Shown piece after piece: positions 59,593 to 64,000 of a stretch of DNA of 64,000 nt. The DNA lies in the NCBI GenBank assembly GCA_050916045.1, contig CP051526.1:960001-1024000 (forward strand), in the 5' to 3' direction. Below the pieces are notes generated by a model, which saw nothing but the letters and a program-made list of their open reading frames with translations, had not been told where the DNA came from and made no database searches. Position 1 is the first letter of the stretch. Every line of letters starts with the position of its first letter. The DNA comes from Tepidisphaera sp. (GTDB taxonomy: Bacteria > Planctomycetota > Phycisphaerae > Phycisphaerales > UBA1924). A program made the position numbers and the translations under genes.

Positions 59593-60822
59593 TCACTGGT
59601 CGGTGACGCTCGCGGTCGTGGTCTGGGAGATCTTGCTCAGGAGATCCTGGGCGGTGCGGTTGTTCGGATCGTACTGGATCGCCGTGCGGAGCGTGTTGCT
59701 GGCGCCGACGCTGTCTCGCTGCTCCATCTGGATGGAAGCCAGCAGCATGTAGGCGTCGCTCGAGGGCTCGCGCTCGATGGCGGCCAGGACGCTGTCCTTG
59801 GCGGCGGCTTTGTCACCGCGCTGGCGTTCCCACAGAGCGCGGAGGAGGTACCCGTCGGCGCTCCGGGGCGAGATCGCGATGAGCTTGGCTCCGGCGGTGC
59901 GGACGCGGTTGAAGTCGTTGAGCTTGAAGCTGACCTGCCCCAGGTCGCGCCACGCGTCGGTGTCCGCCGAGCCCGTCTGGTCGTTGCAGAGGCGGATGAG
60001 GATCTCGCGGGCGTCCACGAGGCGGTCGGTCTCGATCAGGCACTTGGCCCGGGCGTGCTGGAGGTCGCGCCGCTCGGAGAGCGCCGGGTCCTTGAGAAGC
60101 TTGCGGAGGTTGACTTCGGCTTTGGCGAACTGCTGCAGAGCGACCTGAGCCTGAACGAGGTTCTCGAGGATCGTCATGTCGTTGGGCGAGAGGAGACGGG
60201 CTTCGTTGAACATCGTCTCGGCTTTGACGTAGTCCTTCTCGATCATGGCGAGGTGGCCGAGGACCTGGCGGATGGCGGCGTTGTCGGCCATCAGCGGCCC
60301 GCGCGACTCGAGGAACTTGCGGGCTTCCTCGAGCTGCCCGACATCGATCATGACTTCCGCGGCGGCCGTGGCGAACTGAGCGTTGCCGGCGTCGAGCTCC
60401 GCGGCTTTCAGGTAACGCTTGAGAGCCTCATCCTTGCGATCAAGGCGTTCGTTGGCGACCCCGAGGAAGTAGTGGGTGTCGACCAAGGTGGGGTCGAGTT
60501 CTTCGGCGCGGTTGAAGGACTGGAGAGCGGCTTCGAGGTTTCCCAGTTCGAGCATGATGCGTCCGCGGAGGGTCCAGGTCTTCGCGGACTTGTCGTTCAT
60601 CGCGAGGCTGTTCTCGACGGAGCGGAGAGCTTTGGGGAAGTCGCCCGCGAGCAGGTCGCCGAGGGCGGTCTGGTGCTCGATGCCGGCTTTGATGCTGTCG
60701 AGCTTGATCTTGGCGGCGTTGCGCTGTTCTTCAGTATGCTTGCCGTGGGAGCCGGTGTTGCACCCGGCAAGGGCGCACAGTCCGAGAATGGCGGCGAGTG
60801 AAAGAGCGTTGCGGTTGATCAT
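59593..60822 (-). CDS. TPR-repeat lipoprotein (pilotin-like)
   Basis: Lipobox LAG-C after MINRNALSL; multiple TPR units (A..LDP, LG..A). Confidence 0.8.
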   Translation of the reverse strand: MINRNALSLAAILGLCALAGCNTGSHGKHTEEQRNAAKIKLDSIKAGIEHQTALGDLLAGDFPKALRSVENSLAMNDKSAKTWTLRGRIMLELGNLEAALQSFNRAEELDPTLVDTHYFLGVANERLDRKDEALKRYLKAAELDAGNAQFATAAAEVMIDVGQLEEARKFLESRGPLMADNAAIRQVLGHLAMIEKDYVKAETMFNEARLLSPNDMTILENLVQAQVALQQFAKAEVNLRKLLKDPALSERRDLQHARAKCLIETDRLVDAREILIRLCNDQTGSADTDAWRDLGQVSFKLNDFNRVRTAGAKLIAISPRSADGYLLRALWERQRGDKAAAKDSVLAAIEREPSSDAYMLLASIQMEQRDSVGASNTLRTAIQYDPNNRTAQDLLSKISQTTTASVTDQ

Positions 60823-60855
60823 CGTGGTCTCCGGTCTTGGGCTTTGGATTCGGAA

Positions 60856-60887
60856 CGAAACCGGCCCCGCAGGGAACACGGGGCCGG
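60856..60887 (-). terminator. Intergenic hairpin (terminator/attenuator or mRNA stabiliser)
   Basis: CCGGCCCCG-N9-CGGGGCCGG with a short U tract on the minus strand, between the secretin and TPR genes. Confidence 0.45.
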
Positions 60888-60928
60888 GGTTCTCTCTCAG
60901 ATTGGTCGGTCAGGGCGGAGCCCGAGAT

Positions 60929-63460
60929 TTACTTTGAGGCAGCCTCGACGTTCAGGTCCGCATTCGCGTCGCCCTCGGGGATCTGAGCGAAGGTGCTCAC
61001 GTCCGAGTTGTCGAAGACAGTGGTGCCGGTGAGGTACTTGAAGAGGATCCGCATCGCGACGCGGAACCGTTCCTGCTGCTGCTCGGGAGTGAACTGCGGC
61101 TGGGCCGGGTCGGACATGTTGGTCGCGGTGAAGTCGGGGATCTCGGTGACGGGCTCAACGATGGGCTGCTCGATCGTGTGCTCGACGACGGGAATGACCA
61201 TCGGGTCCGCGAGGTTGGTCGAGATGCTGGTGGAGGTGTCCGTCGCGGAGCCGCCGACGTTCTCCGTCGTGGCGGGGACGGGCGTGACGTTCTCGGACGA
61301 GGGGTTTGAGACTTGGGAACCCGTCGTGCCTTCGTGCTCGTTGGTGGTGTTCTCGGTCACTGCCGCGGTCGTGGTCGTCGCGGAGGTTTCGACCGTGGAC
61401 GAGACCGGCGTGGTCGCGTTGGAGGTCGCGTCGGTGGTCACGTTGGGGGTCGTCGTGTCGGTGCCGGACGTGCTGGCGGAGGTGGTCGTGGAGGGCGAGA
61501 GGGGCGTGGTATCGGCCTTGGGCAGACCCTGCTCGCGGCGGATGATCTCATCGAGCATGCTTCGGCTGGGCCAGTAGGTCTTCTGGCCGGTGAGCTTCTC
61601 CTTGAGAGCGAGCGCGTCGGTCTGGACGGGGTTCATGGCCAGGGACTGCTGGAGCTTGAAGAGGGCCTTCTGGGTGTCGCCGGCGTCGGCGAGCTGCTGG
61701 GCTTCGACGAGGAGCTGGCTGGACCGCTTGTCGCGGCTGAAAGCGAGCAGGTTCTCGCGGCTGCCGGCACGGATCTGGTCGACCTTCTCGATGCCACGGA
61801 GGCCTGCGGCGGCGAGAGCGGTGTCGTTGACGACCTTGGGCGTGACGAGGAAGATGATCTCGGTGCGTTCGACTTCGTTGTCGGTGCCCTTGAAGGCTTC
61901 TCCGAGGATCGGGATGTCGCCGAGGAAGGGGACCTGGCGGCGGGTGGTCTGAGTCTTGTCGCGGAAGAGACCGCCGAGGACGACCGTCTGGCCGTCGCGG
62001 ACGATGACGTTGGTGGTCAGTTCGTTGGTGATTTCGTCGGGAACGGTGACGACCGAGCCGGAGGAGTTGCGAACATCGCGGACGATGGCTTCGGAGACCT
62101 GCGGCTTGAGCTCGAGACGGATGACGCCGTCGTCAGAGACGAAGGGTCGGACGTGGAGCTGAGTACCAGTGTCGAGGAACTCGACGGTCTGGGTCGTGGC
62201 GGTGTCGGTCGATGTGGTGTTGAGGTAACCGACGCGGCGACCGACGAGGACTCGGGAAGCCATCCGGTTCAGGACGAGGATTCGAGGGTTGGAGAGGACG
62301 GTCGTGTCGGTGACCTGGTCCAGAACGCGGAGGAACATCGCCACGTCGTTCTTGATGAAGCCGATCTTGAAGGTGCCGGGGCCGGCGAAGTTGCCGGGGC
62401 TGCTGTTGGCGGCGGCGCCCGAGCCGGCGCGGGGCACGAACGGAAGGTCGCTGGCGCCGGGGCTGGTCAGCTTGTCCTGGTTGTTGACGCCCAGGGCGTC
62501 GGCGGCGCGGCCGGGGCCGCCGATGTCGGTGATGTCGGCGAAGTCGAGGTTGGCGAGCAGGGAGATGTCGACGCCGAAAGCGTTCATCTCGGACAGGTTG
62601 GCCTGCACGATCGTGGCCTGGATCTCGACCTGGACGGGGCGCTCGTCGAGGCGCTTGATGAGTTCTTCGACGGCGGCGATGTTCTCTTCGAAATCGGTGA
62701 CGACGACGAGGTCGCGGCCGACGTAGTCATTGCCGCCGCCGGGGACGTCCTTGCTGGTGGGGAAGGCGACGGTCTTGCCGGGGGTGGTGATCTGACCGCC
62801 CTCGGAGAGCGCGGCTTTCACGAACTCCGCGGCGTCGACGGGGTTGATGTAGTTGAGGTTGATGACCTTGGTCATGCGGACCTTGCCGGCCTCGATGATG
62901 GCGGCGAGCTGTTCCGCGGTGTAGACGTAGATGAAGTTGTCCTTCTCGATGTAGCCAAAGCCGTTAGCGTGAAGGATGGCGTCCATGGCCTGGTAGAAGG
63001 TGACGCCGAAGAAGTTGGCGGTGACCTTGGCGGAGACGTCCTTGCTGGCGATGATGTTCTTCTGAGACTGGAGGCTCAGCATTTCGAGGACGGCGGCCAG
63101 GTCCTCGTCCTTGACGGCGAGGTCCACGAGCTGGTTGGCGTCGACCTTGATGTCCAGGCCCTGCTTCTTGGCGTTGCCCTTCATCGCGTCCTTGAACTTG
63201 CCGGCCGCGAGCGCGGCTTCGGCGTTGGTCGGGGCCGAGTGCGAGCCACCGGATACGGCGTGGGCGCCGGAGGCTTCCGGCTGGGCTTCGGGCTGCTGTC
63301 CGACCATGCTCTCAAGGCCGGTGGACGAGGGCGGGTCGATCTTGGGCTGGTCCGAGGGCTGGGCGATGGCCAAGCGGGAACCGGCGATGGTCGCGAGCAG
63401 CATGGCGGAAAGCCTGACGCTGGCGCGGAGAGTGATGAACTGATTCTGACTGCGATCCAT
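60929..63460 (-). CDS. Second secretin (PilQ/GspD-like) with TPR-like segment and Thr-rich tail
   Basis: STN/N0 domain; QVEIQATI, LSNPRILVLN, GTQLHVRP, DGQTVVLGGLF, VPFLGDIPILGEAFK, EIIFLVTP. Start could be 63475. Confidence 0.88.
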   Translation of the reverse strand: MDRSQNQFITLRASVRLSAMLLATIAGSRLAIAQPSDQPKIDPPSSTGLESMVGQQPEAQPEASGAHAVSGGSHSAPTNAEAALAAGKFKDAMKGNAKKQGLDIKVDANQLVDLAVKDEDLAAVLEMLSLQSQKNIIASKDVSAKVTANFFGVTFYQAMDAILHANGFGYIEKDNFIYVYTAEQLAAIIEAGKVRMTKVINLNYINPVDAAEFVKAALSEGGQITTPGKTVAFPTSKDVPGGGNDYVGRDLVVVTDFEENIAAVEELIKRLDERPVQVEIQATIVQANLSEMNAFGVDISLLANLDFADITDIGGPGRAADALGVNNQDKLTSPGASDLPFVPRAGSGAAANSSPGNFAGPGTFKIGFIKNDVAMFLRVLDQVTDTTVLSNPRILVLNRMASRVLVGRRVGYLNTTSTDTATTQTVEFLDTGTQLHVRPFVSDDGVIRLELKPQVSEAIVRDVRNSSGSVVTVPDEITNELTTNVIVRDGQTVVLGGLFRDKTQTTRRQVPFLGDIPILGEAFKGTDNEVERTEIIFLVTPKVVNDTALAAAGLRGIEKVDQIRAGSRENLLAFSRDKRSSQLLVEAQQLADAGDTQKALFKLQQSLAMNPVQTDALALKEKLTGQKTYWPSRSMLDEIIRREQGLPKADTTPLSPSTTTSASTSGTDTTTPNVTTDATSNATTPVSSTVETSATTTTAAVTENTTNEHEGTTGSQVSNPSSENVTPVPATTENVGGSATDTSTSISTNLADPMVIPVVEHTIEQPIVEPVTEIPDFTATNMSDPAQPQFTPEQQQERFRVAMRILFKYLTGTTVFDNSDVSTFAQIPEGDANADLNVEAASK

Positions 63461-63608
63461 AACGTGCCCTCGCATATGTGATTTCCCTCCGTGCCCGCGT
63501 CGTTGCGGGACCATCGGCACTGGATATGTCGGACGTCCCCGAGGGCGACTTTGGGCCGTGTGCAAGGGCGAGAACGATTCTGGCGAAAAAAAACAGGTCC
63601 TTCTCGCG

Positions 63609-63652
63609 CAAAAAACGACAGACCCGACCCCTTCGTGTCGCGGGGTCGGGTC
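63609..63652 (-). terminator. Rho-independent terminator
   Basis: GACCCGACCCC-N10-GGGGTCGGGTC; minus strand continues TGTCGTTTTTT; about 30 nt after the stop at 63681. Confidence 0.65.
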
Positions 63653-63680
63653 CGTCAGGAAGCGAGCGAACTCGTCAGAT

Positions 63681-64000
63681 CTACTTAGGAGCGGGCTGAT
63701 CGGCTGTGGGAGTGCTGTTCTGCCGGATCAGCGTTCGCTTGCCGCTGACGAGGAGGAGGATGTCGCCTTCGAGGGCGAGGACGCCGGCTTGGCCGTCGGC
63801 GATGAGGGCGTCGGCGACCTTTTCGAATTCGGGGGTGCCGACGGTGACCTCGACCTCGGGCTTGTCGGATTCCTTGTCGAGGACGCGGCCGTCGACCCAG
63901 CCCTTGAAGCCGGCGGAGCGGTTGTAGTAGGTCTGGGCGTTGATGTTCTGGATGGCGTTATAGACGACCTTGCCGGCACCGTCGCCGGAGCGGTAGAAGG
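63681..64000 (-). CDS. C-terminal fragment of a gene running off the window; resembles the C-terminus of VIT/vWA proteins
   Basis: Open frame translated by hand: ...QTYYNRSAGFKGWVDGR...VTVGTPEFEKVADAL...GVLALEGDILLLVSG...PK*. Not in the ORF track. Confidence 0.55.
   Translation of the reverse strand, partial: FYRSGDGAGKVVYNAIQNINAQTYYNRSAGFKGWVDGRVLDKESDKPEVEVTVGTPEFEKVADALIADGQAGVLALEGDILLLVSGKRTLIRQNSTPTADQPAPK

Noticed and set aside
34..63481. Many long antisense or alternate-frame ORFs (e.g. 34..1776+, 3391..5700-, 6602..9319-, 44182..46791-, 56963..59542-, 61313..63481+)
   Set aside because: They overlap well-supported genes and have Arg/Gly/Ala-rich shadow composition expected from high-GC codon bias, with no motifs.

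Overview
High-GC bacterial chromosomal segment, most likely Planctomycetota, class Phycisphaerae. This is inferred from three C-terminal 'GC-type' dockerin proteins, mreBCD, A|F-type pseudopilin leaders, a 'HGLEARAT' REP and many CxxC-YDL-CxECG membrane proteins. Left to right it holds: an nrtR-prs-nadV-like NAD/ADP-ribose operon with a clear sigma70 promoter overlapped by a 30-bp palindrome; two LTxxQ helical exported paralogs; a contiguous type II secretion operon (gspE F G H I J K L M, C/N-like, D, lipoprotein); prmC; PhoD-dockerin; polA; a GlmU-like gene; mreBCD; FHA, SolA, M50-like, dipeptidase and holB genes; a beta-barrel; thyX; an AT-richer islet with a HEPN-motif gene; a degenerate 21-bp tandem array upstream of a signal-less helical+FN3 gene; bshB1; a Dus with a large insertion; a fasciclin; a sialate O-acetylesterase-2xDUF1080 fusion with a nearby Gfo/Idh/MocA gene; glyA; a matrixin-PKD-dockerin; and a second secretin with a TPR lipoprotein. 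I recognised no rRNA, tRNA, CRISPR, integrase or transposase. Best candidates for new biology are (1) a chromosomal, ADP-ribose-regulated NARP1-like NAD+ reconstitution operon, (2) the 21-bp array/FN3 locus with the adjacent HEPN islet, and (3) a T2SS/GC-dockerin export system. All calls come from motif recognition by eye; no database searches were run.
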